Virus record (IMG/VR): IMGVR_UViG_3300044252_000049
Span: 1 to 33,094 of that record
Length of the DNA: 33,094 nucleotides
Direction: 5' to 3' (one strand)
Source: a virus
Taxonomy: Duplodnaviria > Caudoviricetes
The notes beneath the pieces were generated by a model. That model was not told the DNA's origin. It was given only the letters and a program-made list of their open reading frames with translations, and did not search any database. How positions within the stretch are numbered: the stretch's first letter is position 1; each line of letters opens with the position of its first letter. Below are positions 1-7,431 of this stretch, piece after piece. Made by a program: the position numbers and the translations under genes.

Positions 1-2
1 GT

Positions 3-329
3 GCCTGTCGGGGCGGGGACTCCGACGTCACCGGCCTGATCGAAGACGAGGACTTCATTGCCGCCGTCAAGACGTACCGCGAGGCTGGCGAGCGAGCCCG
101 ACAGGCGGAGCGCGACAAGAAAGCGGCAGCGGCCGAACTGTCCGGACTGTCCGGTTCCACCGGCGAGTTCTCCGTCCGATGGATCAACGTCGGTGCAACT
201 GTGGTGCCAGAGCAGGTGCGCGCCGCCTACAGCCGACTCGATATCCGCCCCATCCGGGGGCCAGTAGTGGGTGCACCACCACCCAGAGAGGAGACAGATG
301 AACTCAGTCTTACGGGCGGTCAAGCCTAG
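3..329 (+). CDS. C-terminal part of a gene truncated by the window edge; possibly a Cas4-like/PD-(D/E)XK exonuclease
   Basis: Frame 3 is open from the window start: ACRGGDSDVTGLIEDEDFIAAVKTYREAG...VRWINV...GGQA*, TAG at 327-329, GC3-rich codons. It starts on a Cys, as in the C-terminal Cys cluster of phage Cas4-like nucleases. The family call is weak. Confidence 0.55.
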   Translation, partial: ACRGGDSDVTGLIEDEDFIAAVKTYREAGERARQAERDKKAAAAELSGLSGSTGEFSVRWINVGATVVPEQVRAAYSRLDIRPIRGPVVGAPPPREETDELSLTGGQA

Positions 330-513
330 GGAACTACGTGACGTCTACGACGCCGCCGAGAAGGCAGGCTGCGTCCTCGAACTGACTAGGTCGTCCCACA
401 TCAAGGTCACCACGCCTGCGGGGCGCATCTTCACCGGCCCGCTGTCATCGTCTGACCGGCGTGGCTACCACCGCACTAGGGCCGACCTCCGCAGGATGGG
501 GGTCGAGATTTGA
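298..513 (+). CDS. HicA-like (dsRBD-fold) toxin/RNase, 71 aa
   Basis: ATG 298 follows a GAGAGGAG SD. The sequence AEKAGCVLELTRSSHIKVTTPAGRIFTGPLSSSDRR...LRRMG fits the HicA helix-G-strand-(G/S)SH-strand-strand-helix pattern. Confidence 0.6.
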   Translation: MNSVLRAVKPRELRDVYDAAEKAGCVLELTRSSHIKVTTPAGRIFTGPLSSSDRRGYHRTRADLRRMGVEI

Positions 514-538
514 GTACAACCACCACAGAGGAGGAAGC

Positions 539-799
539 ATGACCGACGTTGACACCACCGTCACGTTGCGCTGTATCGGCGGTCCGTATGACAGCCGATA
601 CGAGACCCTGCCCTATACCCAAGAGGCGCTGCAGGTCCCGAACCAGGACCGCATGTACCGGCGCTTCGGGCTGGGCTGGGTCTATGGGGGCATGTCCTTC
701 CACCGGGAGGTCCTGCTCTGGGAAGGGATTGAAGGCGACGACGCCCTCGTCATCCTGATGAGGAAGTTCGTCAGCCTGCTCGACCAGCACCAGTTGTAG
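539..799 (+). CDS. hypothetical protein, 86 aa (IGGPYD motif)
   Basis: ATG 539 follows GAGGAGGAAG; this is an internal start of ORF 461..799. Confidence 0.7.
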   Translation: MTDVDTTVTLRCIGGPYDSRYETLPYTQEALQVPNQDRMYRRFGLGWVYGGMSFHREVLLWEGIEGDDALVILMRKFVSLLDQHQL

Positions 800-814
800 T
801 TACACCGTGTAATC
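798..814. promoter_or_regulatory. 17-bp palindrome copy 1 (AGTTACAC C GTGTAATC)
   Basis: Perfect TTACAC-S-GTGTAA core; overlaps the TAG stop at 797-799. Confidence 0.9.
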
Positions 815-833
815 AGAAAGAGGAAGCAAGCCC

Positions 834-1334
834 ATGCCACAAGGCACGTTCCACAACCTGTCCGTATCCATCACCCCAGAGATCATCGAGACCGCAGTCG
901 AAAGGGACTCCGGCCACTGTGTGATCGCCGACTCGATCCGCAACTCCATCCCCGGAGTGAACCGGGTATCGGTCGACCTGCAGACCATCCGGTTCACCGA
1001 CCCGGTAAGCCAGAAGCGGTACATCTACCTCACCCCGCCAATGGCGCAGGTGGTCCTGCTGGCGTTCGACCAGGGCGTCCGCCCGAACGCGCAGCGCATC
1101 CGGTTGGGCAAGCCCATCCAGATCGTCAAGGCCGGACCCCGGTCACCGGGCAGCCGGACCAAGGGAGAGGTCACCGTCACCGCCGAGGTGATGCAGAAGG
1201 GCAAGGAGCCGCGCAACCACAAGGTCGTGGTCCACGGCGGCGTCCCGCCGAAGACGGGGGCGCTGGCCAGCGGTCAGGTCGGCCCCCGCAAGGGCCGTCG
1301 CCGCATCTTCGGTCTGCGGACCCTGACCCCCTGA
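834..1334 (+). CDS. hypothetical protein, 166 aa
   Basis: ORF with an AAAGAGGAAG SD and coding-like codon usage. Confidence 0.8.
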   Translation: MPQGTFHNLSVSITPEIIETAVERDSGHCVIADSIRNSIPGVNRVSVDLQTIRFTDPVSQKRYIYLTPPMAQVVLLAFDQGVRPNAQRIRLGKPIQIVKAGPRSPGSRTKGEVTVTAEVMQKGKEPRNHKVVVHGGVPPKTGALASGQVGPRKGRRRIFGLRTLTP

Positions 1335-1337
1335 GTC

Positions 1338-1595
1338 ATGAGCAAGCACTGGTTCACCCCGGAGTTCGACGGGTTCGCCCCGCCGGAGAAGCCGCTGCCC
1401 AAGACCGACAACGGGGTCGTGTCTTGGCGGCGGTGGAAGTCCAAGCAGCACACCGCCTGTGACCAGTGCGTGCTCGACTCGATGGACGGCGTGAGGAGGT
1501 CGGCCCCGTTGTCGGCCTCCTACGTCCGTACTGAGCACCACCGCAGGACGTACCTCTGCTACGAGCACGCTCGCGCCAGACGCGCCAGCGACTGA
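1338..1595 (+). CDS. hypothetical Zn-binding protein (CDQC...LCYEH), 85 aa
   Basis: Tightly packed ORF with CxxC and CxxH motifs. Confidence 0.7.
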   Translation: MSKHWFTPEFDGFAPPEKPLPKTDNGVVSWRRWKSKQHTACDQCVLDSMDGVRRSAPLSASYVRTEHHRRTYLCYEHARARRASD

Positions 1596-1614
1596 CCACC
1601 ACCGAGAGGGAACG

Positions 1615-1806
1615 ATGAACAACCAGCAGATCGTTGGTGCCCTGCCCAAGCCGATGAGAGCCGCCAACAGCGGCCACTGTGACCGGTGCGGCATCGAGAT
1701 CAAGGTGCGGTCCAAGGGGCCGCTCCATCTGTGTGTGCCCTGCCGCAGCGACCGCGAGTACGTCCGAGCCGTAACGAAGGGGGAGCCGTGCCTCAGTTCC
1801 ATGTGA
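1615..1806 (+). CDS. small CxxC-CxxC zinc-finger protein, 63 aa
   Basis: CDRC...CVPC; SD GAGAGGG. Confidence 0.7.
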   Translation: MNNQQIVGALPKPMRAANSGHCDRCGIEIKVRSKGPLHLCVPCRSDREYVRAVTKGEPCLSSM

Positions 1807-1973
1807 TCGGCACGATCCAGTTCACCACCGAGGTCAACGTCGAGGCCGACACCGAAGACGAGGCCCGCATCGTCCTCATGGCGGCGGTGAACCGGACCAT
1901 CACGGACGCCCTGAACCAGGACCACGTGGTCTCCGCCTTCGAGTGGACCAACGTTGTTGTGAGGGAGGACTGA
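1788..1973 (+). CDS. hypothetical protein, 61 aa
   Basis: GTG 1788 follows AAGGGGGAG; contains VEADTEDEAR, a pattern common in small phage proteins. Confidence 0.65.
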   Translation: MPQFHVIGTIQFTTEVNVEADTEDEARIVLMAAVNRTITDALNQDHVVSAFEWTNVVVRED

Positions 1974-2104
1974 TGGACAAGGACAGCGGTTGGGTATGCC
2001 CCGAGTGCGTGGCTGGCAAGCACGACAACTGTGACGGCACGGCCTGGGACAACGAGAAGGACCAGGAGACCGTCTGTGGCTGCGATCACGAGAGGGGGGA
2101 CTGA
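1973..2104 (+). CDS. small Cys-rich protein, 43 aa (not in ORF track)
   Basis: MDKDSGWVCPECVAGKHDNCDGTAWDNEKDQETVCGCDHERGD*; TGATG coupling at both ends. Confidence 0.7.
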   Translation: MDKDSGWVCPECVAGKHDNCDGTAWDNEKDQETVCGCDHERGD

Positions 2105-2346
2105 TGGGCCACGTTCACGGGGGACCAGGCTGTAAGCCCAACGAGCATTGCTACATCCATGATCGGGACGAGCCGGATAGACCCGACGACTACCGGGTGT
2201 GTGGGGAATGCCTGCATGTCTTCCGCACCGTGGAGGAACTGGTCGAGGTCGAGATCGAGAACTTCGGCCCACACTCCCGGATCATCGTCGGCGGCGGAGA
2301 GCGACCCAAGATGTACTCCTGCCCGTACTGCGCTCATGACTTCTGA
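2104..2346 (+). CDS. zinc-binding protein, 80 aa
   Basis: CGEC...CPYC; TGATG overlap with the upstream gene. Confidence 0.7.
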   Translation: MGHVHGGPGCKPNEHCYIHDRDEPDRPDDYRVCGECLHVFRTVEELVEVEIENFGPHSRIIVGGGERPKMYSCPYCAHDF

Positions 2347-2716
2347 CTACCGCCTCGACCAGCCGTGCTGCCCCCGGTGCGGGTCAGCCTGGCCGGTGTT
2401 CGGCTACTTCGACGGCAGCAACTACGGGTCCTGCGAACGGTGCGGGTGGACCGACGCCCCCGTGATTGCTCGGGTTCGGCCTTGTGACATGCGGAGTCGC
2501 CAGTTCCGGCAGGAGGGCAACTTCTACGCCCCGGACGGCTACCGGTACGGGGTGATGTTCGCGGACGGCTCGGTCCGCAACATCTGGAACGGCAAGACCC
2601 AACGACAACGGGCGGAGGAGGAGGCCGTCCTGCTCGATGCGAAGTACCACCGAGACAACATCCACCCGGTGCGCCGTGTCCACGGCAGCCGGGTCTGGAC
2701 CGATTACACCGAGTAA
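2336..2716 (+). CDS. hypothetical protein with N-terminal zinc ribbon, 126 aa
   Basis: Probable start MTSDY at 2336; CPRC...CERC. Confidence 0.65.
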   Translation: MTSDYRLDQPCCPRCGSAWPVFGYFDGSNYGSCERCGWTDAPVIARVRPCDMRSRQFRQEGNFYAPDGYRYGVMFADGSVRNIWNGKTQRQRAEEEAVLLDAKYHRDNIHPVRRVHGSRVWTDYTE

Positions 2717-2718
2717 CC
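2702..2718. promoter_or_regulatory. palindrome copy 2 (GATTACAC C GAGTAACC, 1 mismatch)
   Basis: Near-consensus; contains the TAA stop at 2714-2716. Confidence 0.75.
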
Positions 2719-2734
2719 ACCACAGGAGGAAGCA

Positions 2735-3136
2735 ATGACACAGATGACACAAAGGACAGAACTCCGGCCCGTCGACCGAGGGGTGGCCCTGCTGGACCAG
2801 CGGTGGCCGGACTGGTGGAAGAACGTCGAACTGTCCGACCTCAACCTGTCCGATCCGGAGAACTGCGTGCTCGGCATGGCGTTCCCGGAGTGCACCTACA
2901 ACGACACCGTGCAGGACCTGTCCGGGTTGAAGTTGCCGGACGTGCCGATGATCAGCGAGAACTTCCTGGGGACCAACCCGGAGTGGATCAAGTACATCGA
3001 GGACCTGAGCGCCTGGGAGTTGGAGCACGGGTTCACCGCTGACACCAACGCCTCGAAGGCGAGCACCGAGCGGACCTGGAAGGACCTGATCCGGTTCCGG
3101 CAGATGCACCCCGAGGGGAAGGGGTACTTGTGGTGA
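2735..3136 (+). CDS. hypothetical protein, 133 aa
   Basis: Strong SD AGGAGG; RGVALLD...PDWW...L.L...CVLG pattern. Confidence 0.8.
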   Translation: MTQMTQRTELRPVDRGVALLDQRWPDWWKNVELSDLNLSDPENCVLGMAFPECTYNDTVQDLSGLKLPDVPMISENFLGTNPEWIKYIEDLSAWELEHGFTADTNASKASTERTWKDLIRFRQMHPEGKGYLW

Positions 3137-3339
3137 AGGGCGAACCGCTCACCCCACGCGGCCGGTTCGCACCGCTCGAACCGGACCACCCCCTCGTGGG
3201 TCGGCCATGCGTCATCTGCCTCGAAGCGTTCGAGGCAGGCGACGGTGTGGCGTTGCTCGACTCCGGTGTCCCCAGCGAGAGCCTCACCGTGGAGGCCGAT
3301 CCAGCACACGAGACGTGCGTGGTCTGGATGGAGACATGA
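3130..3339 (+). CDS. small zinc-binding protein (CVIC...HETC), 69 aa
   Basis: Overlaps both neighbours; CxxC/HxxC. Confidence 0.65.
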   Translation: MVKGEPLTPRGRFAPLEPDHPLVGRPCVICLEAFEAGDGVALLDSGVPSESLTVEADPAHETCVVWMET

Positions 3340-3557
3340 GCAACCTGATCCCGCACCCGATGAGCAAGGCCACCCTGCTCACACTCATCGAGGACATACG
3401 GGAGCACGTCGAGGCCGACGACTCCTGGGAGGGGTGGATCGAGTACACAATGCCGGAGAACGGGGAGGCGGACTTCCAGGTGCGAGCCTCCTACCGGATC
3501 GGCAACCTAGAGGGCCAAGGGGGAATGCGAATGATCGGAAAGGTGCCGGGTACATGA
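3336..3557 (+). CDS. hypothetical protein, 73 aa
   Basis: ATGA overlap; starts MSNLIPHPMSK. Confidence 0.65.
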   Translation: MSNLIPHPMSKATLLTLIEDIREHVEADDSWEGWIEYTMPENGEADFQVRASYRIGNLEGQGGMRMIGKVPGT

Positions 3558-3709
3558 GCGTGATCCATTGGCTGGTCCGAAGGGACGGGCGCAAGGAGAC
3601 CTGCGTCTGCGAGACGAACCGCGACCACGATGAGAGGAGACGAGATGACGCTGGTCGAAGACGAGCGATGCAGCAACTGCCAGGCAAACCTGACCCAAGG
3701 CGGGCATAG
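3554..3709 (+). CDS. small hypothetical protein, 51 aa
   Basis: ATGA overlap at 3554 (MSVIHWLVRRDGRKETCVC); fills the gap between neighbours. Confidence 0.4.
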   Translation: MSVIHWLVRRDGRKETCVCETNRDHDERRRDDAGRRRAMQQLPGKPDPRRA

Positions 3710-3896
3710 CCGGGTCATCGGGGTCGAGATACAAGGCGTCTACGACGGAGTCCTGTACTGGACGTGCCCGGACTGCGGGTTCGCCTGGGGCCGGGTCTTC
3801 GGCAGCGTCACCCTGGACCACAAGTCCGACGAGGCGGCGCTGATCCACAACCAGAGACGTGGCGTTTTGGATGCGGTGAGCGAGCAGGACCCCTAG
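3645..3896 (+). CDS. zinc-ribbon protein, 83 aa
   Basis: SD GAGAGGAG; CSNC...GVYDGVLYWTCPDC. Confidence 0.75.
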   Translation: MTLVEDERCSNCQANLTQGGHSRVIGVEIQGVYDGVLYWTCPDCGFAWGRVFGSVTLDHKSDEAALIHNQRRGVLDAVSEQDP

Positions 3897-3918
3897 CATT
3901 CACGCTGGGGGCAAGAAC

Positions 3919-3964
3919 AAGGCCGGATACCGAGTTAGTGCTGACTCGGTATCCGGCCTTTTCT
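3919..3964. terminator. intrinsic terminator between the converging gene blocks, probably bidirectional
   Basis: 17-bp perfect inverted repeat AAGGCCGGATACCGAGT...ACTCGGTATCCGGCCTT running into TTTTCT on +, with TTGTTCTT on -. Confidence 0.85.
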
Positions 3965-4049
3965 ATGCCCTCCCACAGGCGTCCGGTCCCATAACCCGGT
4001 TCTCTACCGCCATACAGCGTGCTGGGATTTTGCCGTGGTGCGAACGGGC

Positions 4050-4066
4050 AGTTACACCGTGTAATC
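4050..4066. promoter_or_regulatory. palindrome copy 3 (AGTTACAC C GTGTAATC)
   Basis: Perfect core; overlaps the TGA stop of 4065..5099. Confidence 0.9.
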
Positions 4067-5099
4067 AGTCGGTGTAGTAGATCACGTCGCCGGAGAAGTC
4101 CGAGCCGTCCTGGAACGGCCACGCCCCCGGACGAAGGGGCACGCCGGTACCAGGCCGGTTCGAGGAGTCGCTGCTGCGGACCACCCAGATGTGCGCGTCG
4201 CCAGGGTTGGACGCCCACATGCGGATGATGTTGGACGGGTGGTAGTCGATCAGCAGAGGCCAGTAGGCCCAGCCCGAGGCGTGGCCCCAGCCGGAGCCCC
4301 ACTGGCTGCCCTGGATGATCGAGGTGGACACCTGGATCGCCGCCGGAATGTCGATGATCCGCAGGTCGCCCATCCCCATGTTGGAGCCGCTGCCCAGGTG
4401 GATGTTGAAACTGATGTGGACCTGCGAGCCCTGCCGCATGTACGCACCCCGGTAGTAGCCTCCGTTGCCCACCGTCACGCCGTGGTAGCCGTCGGAGTCC
4501 AGCCGTGGCGTCCACGGCTGAGACTTCGTGTCGTACATGCGCCACTTGCCAGGAGTGCCCGGCATCCAGAAACCCCACGCCTGGGTGTCGGTCTCGATGA
4601 TCGCCTGATAGGCGGTCGGTGAGGTGGGCCGGGTACCGGACGTGCATTGGGTCCAGGCCGAGGCAGTCTTGAGCCCGCTGCCACCTGCGGTGATGCCACC
4701 TGCCGGGTCGAGCAGCACGCCGAGGACCGCCGCTGCCGTGCCGTCGCCCTTGAGGGTCGTGTCGTGCAGCACCGCACCGGGGGTGCCCGACTGTGGGATC
4801 GCGTTGGTCCAGCCGGTGCCGGCAACGTAGGTCAGGACGTGGCCGGCAGTCGGAGACGGCACGACCACGTCGGTCAGGGCATCGAGCACCATGTGCACGT
4901 TGACCGTCAGCCGGTACGGGTTGGCCAGCGAGCCGTCACCGGTCAGCACCGTGTCAGCGGTGGGGGTGTTGCCGGTGGTGATGACGGGGCCGGTGACGAC
5001 GAAGGGGTTGGACTGAGAACCAACCCCCGAGACGGTGATTCCCGTCCCCGCCGTAACGAGACATGAGCACGTTCCTGAGGCACACCCGCAACGAGCCAT
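4065..5099 (-). CDS. minor tail protein / fibre or receptor-binding protein, 344 aa
   Basis: Last gene of the tail block; N-terminal CGC..CSC, repeated G.GS..NP(F/Y) motifs, LDALTDV, beta-rich C-terminus. Confidence 0.75.
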   Translation of the reverse strand: MARCGCASGTCSCLVTAGTGITVSGVGSQSNPFVVTGPVITTGNTPTADTVLTGDGSLANPYRLTVNVHMVLDALTDVVVPSPTAGHVLTYVAGTGWTNAIPQSGTPGAVLHDTTLKGDGTAAAVLGVLLDPAGGITAGGSGLKTASAWTQCTSGTRPTSPTAYQAIIETDTQAWGFWMPGTPGKWRMYDTKSQPWTPRLDSDGYHGVTVGNGGYYRGAYMRQGSQVHISFNIHLGSGSNMGMGDLRIIDIPAAIQVSTSIIQGSQWGSGWGHASGWAYWPLLIDYHPSNIIRMWASNPGDAHIWVVRSSDSSNRPGTGVPLRPGAWPFQDGSDFSGDVIYYTD

Positions 5100-5144
5100 G
5101 TTCTTCTCATCTCTCCGGGTTCACACCGGCTGGGGCTCCACCCT

Positions 5145-5161
5145 GATTACACGGTGTAATC
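5145..5161. promoter_or_regulatory. palindrome copy 4 (GATTACAC G GTGTAATC, fully symmetric)
   Basis: Intergenic, perfect. Confidence 0.9.
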
Positions 5162-5189
5162 GAGCGGTCGTCGTACTGCTCGAAGGGTC

Positions 5190-5294
5190 TCACCCCCGAG
5201 TGCTTTTGACCATGACCACCACGCAAATGACCAGCAGCACCACGATGGTGACGATGCCGATGCTCACCCCGATCCAGGCGGGGATGAAGTCCAT
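5190..5294 (-). CDS. single-TM membrane microprotein, 34 aa (not in ORF track)
   Basis: MDFIPAWIGVSIGIVTIVVLLVICVVVMVKSTRG*; TGATG coupling to the upstream stop. Confidence 0.6.
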   Translation of the reverse strand: MDFIPAWIGVSIGIVTIVVLLVICVVVMVKSTRG

Positions 5295-6337
5295 CAGCCA
5301 GCGAGGAAAATGTCGCCGGACAGGGCGAAGTTCGAGTTGTTGCCCAGGGCGGGGCTACCAGACGCGACCGCCGCCGAAGCCCCGTCCAGGTAGGCCGCCA
5401 CGCCGGCACCCGCCGCACCACTAGCCGAGATCACTAGCGAGCCGTTGTAGTTGTAGTTGCCGTTGCTGCCCGTGTACACCTTGATCCGACAGACCTGCTC
5501 GACGTCGATGGTCCGGTCGATGGTGCCCCACGGTGGCAGGTCAAAGAGGTACATGCCGCTGCCACCATCGGCGCCGCTGCCGATGGTGTAGTACGAGGTG
5601 AAGCGAAGGTGGTGCGGCCCGACCCAGCGCCAGTACCCCTTGCGGATCGCGCCCGTTCCCCAGGTGAACGGGTTGCCGGTAGTGGTGATGCTCGGCGTCC
5701 ACGTTGAGAGTTCGGCGGAGCCGCTGATCGGGAACTGCCGGATCGGGTCACCGGAGTCGGCGTAGGCCCCGGTGAAGTAGTTGTCCTCGGCGCTGAGCGC
5801 GAACTGCTTGGTCACGTTCGAGGCGCTGGCGTTGCACTGGAACTCGTAGTGGTGTCCAGCAACCACCTCCACGATCCCGGACAGCACCGTCTCGATACCA
5901 CCACCGGCGGTCCAGGGGTCGGTGTTGTTGACGTGCTGGCTGCCCCGGATCATCCAGAAGTTGCTGGCGTCGAGGTCCACGATCACGCCGTGCACGTTGG
6001 CCCGAGCACCGGGGTCGGTCGTGTTCAACTGGACATGGGTGCCAGCCATGAAGTGGAACGGGCCGCTGCGTGGCGGGACAAACCGGAACTGCGCGTCCAG
6101 CATCCCGTAGGGGTCGGCCTTGACGTCCAACGGGACCTTGACCAGGCCGTCCACCGCGATCGGCACGACAGGGTTGCCGGCGACCGAGGCACGGAACCAC
6201 TTGTTCGTGGTTATGTCCTGCGCCGGGGGCGTGACGTTGGCATTGCCGGGGTGCCGGTGCCGCTCGATCAGCGACAGCCGACGGTTCACCTGCCGCATCC
6301 ACTCCGACCCGTCCTTCGGGGTCTGGAAAGACTTCAT
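5294..6337 (-). CDS. minor tail protein, 347 aa
   Basis: N-terminal WMRQVNRRLSLIER helix typical of post-Tal proteins, followed by beta-rich (C1q-like/RBP-like) regions. Confidence 0.75.
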   Translation of the reverse strand: MKSFQTPKDGSEWMRQVNRRLSLIERHRHPGNANVTPPAQDITTNKWFRASVAGNPVVPIAVDGLVKVPLDVKADPYGMLDAQFRFVPPRSGPFHFMAGTHVQLNTTDPGARANVHGVIVDLDASNFWMIRGSQHVNNTDPWTAGGGIETVLSGIVEVVAGHHYEFQCNASASNVTKQFALSAEDNYFTGAYADSGDPIRQFPISGSAELSTWTPSITTTGNPFTWGTGAIRKGYWRWVGPHHLRFTSYYTIGSGADGGSGMYLFDLPPWGTIDRTIDVEQVCRIKVYTGSNGNYNYNGSLVISASGAAGAGVAAYLDGASAAVASGSPALGNNSNFALSGDIFLAG

Positions 6338-7428
6338 GCGCCCGGTCCGATCGCCTGGTGGACCGGGAACGGGACCAGGGTCACCGTGACCACCTCACCG
6401 TTCGAATCCTGCTTCACGTCGACCCGGTCGATCTTCTGGTCCTGGCGCACCCGACGACAGCCGGCGGTGGCCATGAGCGGGACCTTGACGCCGGGCACCA
6501 GGAACTCCCACGAGAACGCCGTGCTGGCCGGGTCGATCTGGCTGTTCTCGGGGACCCGGACGACGACCGGCATCGGATACCGCTGGCTCAGGTTGCTGGC
6601 GGCTTGCGAGTTCAGTTCCTCCTGGGTCGGTGCCTCGGCATCCTCGGTCTCGTCGTAAGCGGTGACGAGAATCTCCACCTCTCCGTAGTAGTCGCTCGGT
6701 GCGTTGGCAACCCCATAGTTCCCCTCCCCGTCGGTCGCTGCCGCAATCGTGGCCAGGTCCATCCCGTATACGGTCACGATCACCCCGGACAGGAAGTCCG
6801 CCTCGGTCGCCAGCGGGGTCACCCCGAGCGCGAACCCGGTGTCCTGCACATGGATCGCCCGACCGATGGTGACGTAGTCGATACCGGCCTTGCTGCCCAT
6901 GTCATCCATCTCCTCGAACACCGTCTTCTGGTACGGCAGCGTCGAGCGGGAGGTCCGGGCGGTGTCGCTGGTGGTGTGAATCTGGATGTGCGGGACCACG
7001 TTGATCGGGTTCAGCCACGACTCGTGACGGGCCAGTTCGGTCCGCAGGATGTGCCCGATCCGGTCCGTCCCGTAACCGGTGTTCGGGTGGGCGTTGTTGT
7101 ACGCCTGCCGCATGATCGTCCGGTAGGGCCAGAACATCACGTCCCGAGCGTTGATCTCCACCTCCGCGTTGGTGTAGGCCATGCGGGTGATCGGCCCTTC
7201 CCAGACCCGCTCACCGTCCCGGTAGATGACCAGTTCATGACGAACCGGCTCGACGTTGGCCAGTTCGCCACAGCAGTTCGCTGACGTCGGTATGCGCACC
7301 TGGGCCTCGGACATGTCGTCCTTGATCCGGCTGAACTCGACGTAGTTGAGACGGTCGATGGGGAACAGCCGGGTGAACCCTCCTCGGTCGAAGACCGCCG
7401 CCGTGATGACTCCGCATCCGAGGGGCAC
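6334..7428 (-). CDS. minor tail protein (Tal/baseplate-hub-like), 364 aa
   Basis: HELVIYRDGERVWEGPI motif; lies directly after Dit. Confidence 0.8.
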   Translation of the reverse strand: MPLGCGVITAAVFDRGGFTRLFPIDRLNYVEFSRIKDDMSEAQVRIPTSANCCGELANVEPVRHELVIYRDGERVWEGPITRMAYTNAEVEINARDVMFWPYRTIMRQAYNNAHPNTGYGTDRIGHILRTELARHESWLNPINVVPHIQIHTTSDTARTSRSTLPYQKTVFEEMDDMGSKAGIDYVTIGRAIHVQDTGFALGVTPLATEADFLSGVIVTVYGMDLATIAAATDGEGNYGVANAPSDYYGEVEILVTAYDETEDAEAPTQEELNSQAASNLSQRYPMPVVVRVPENSQIDPASTAFSWEFLVPGVKVPLMATAGCRRVRQDQKIDRVDVKQDSNGEVVTVTLVPFPVHQAIGPGA

Positions 7429-7431
7429 AGG

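Noticed and set aside
476-3899. - strand ORFs in the left block (e.g. 1143..1925, 2384..3109)
   Set aside because: They are shadows of a tightly coupled + strand gene run that has good SDs.
3965-4049. Possible tRNA or ncRNA in the gap between the converging blocks
   Set aside because: No cloverleaf, T-loop or convincing stems are visible beyond the terminator.
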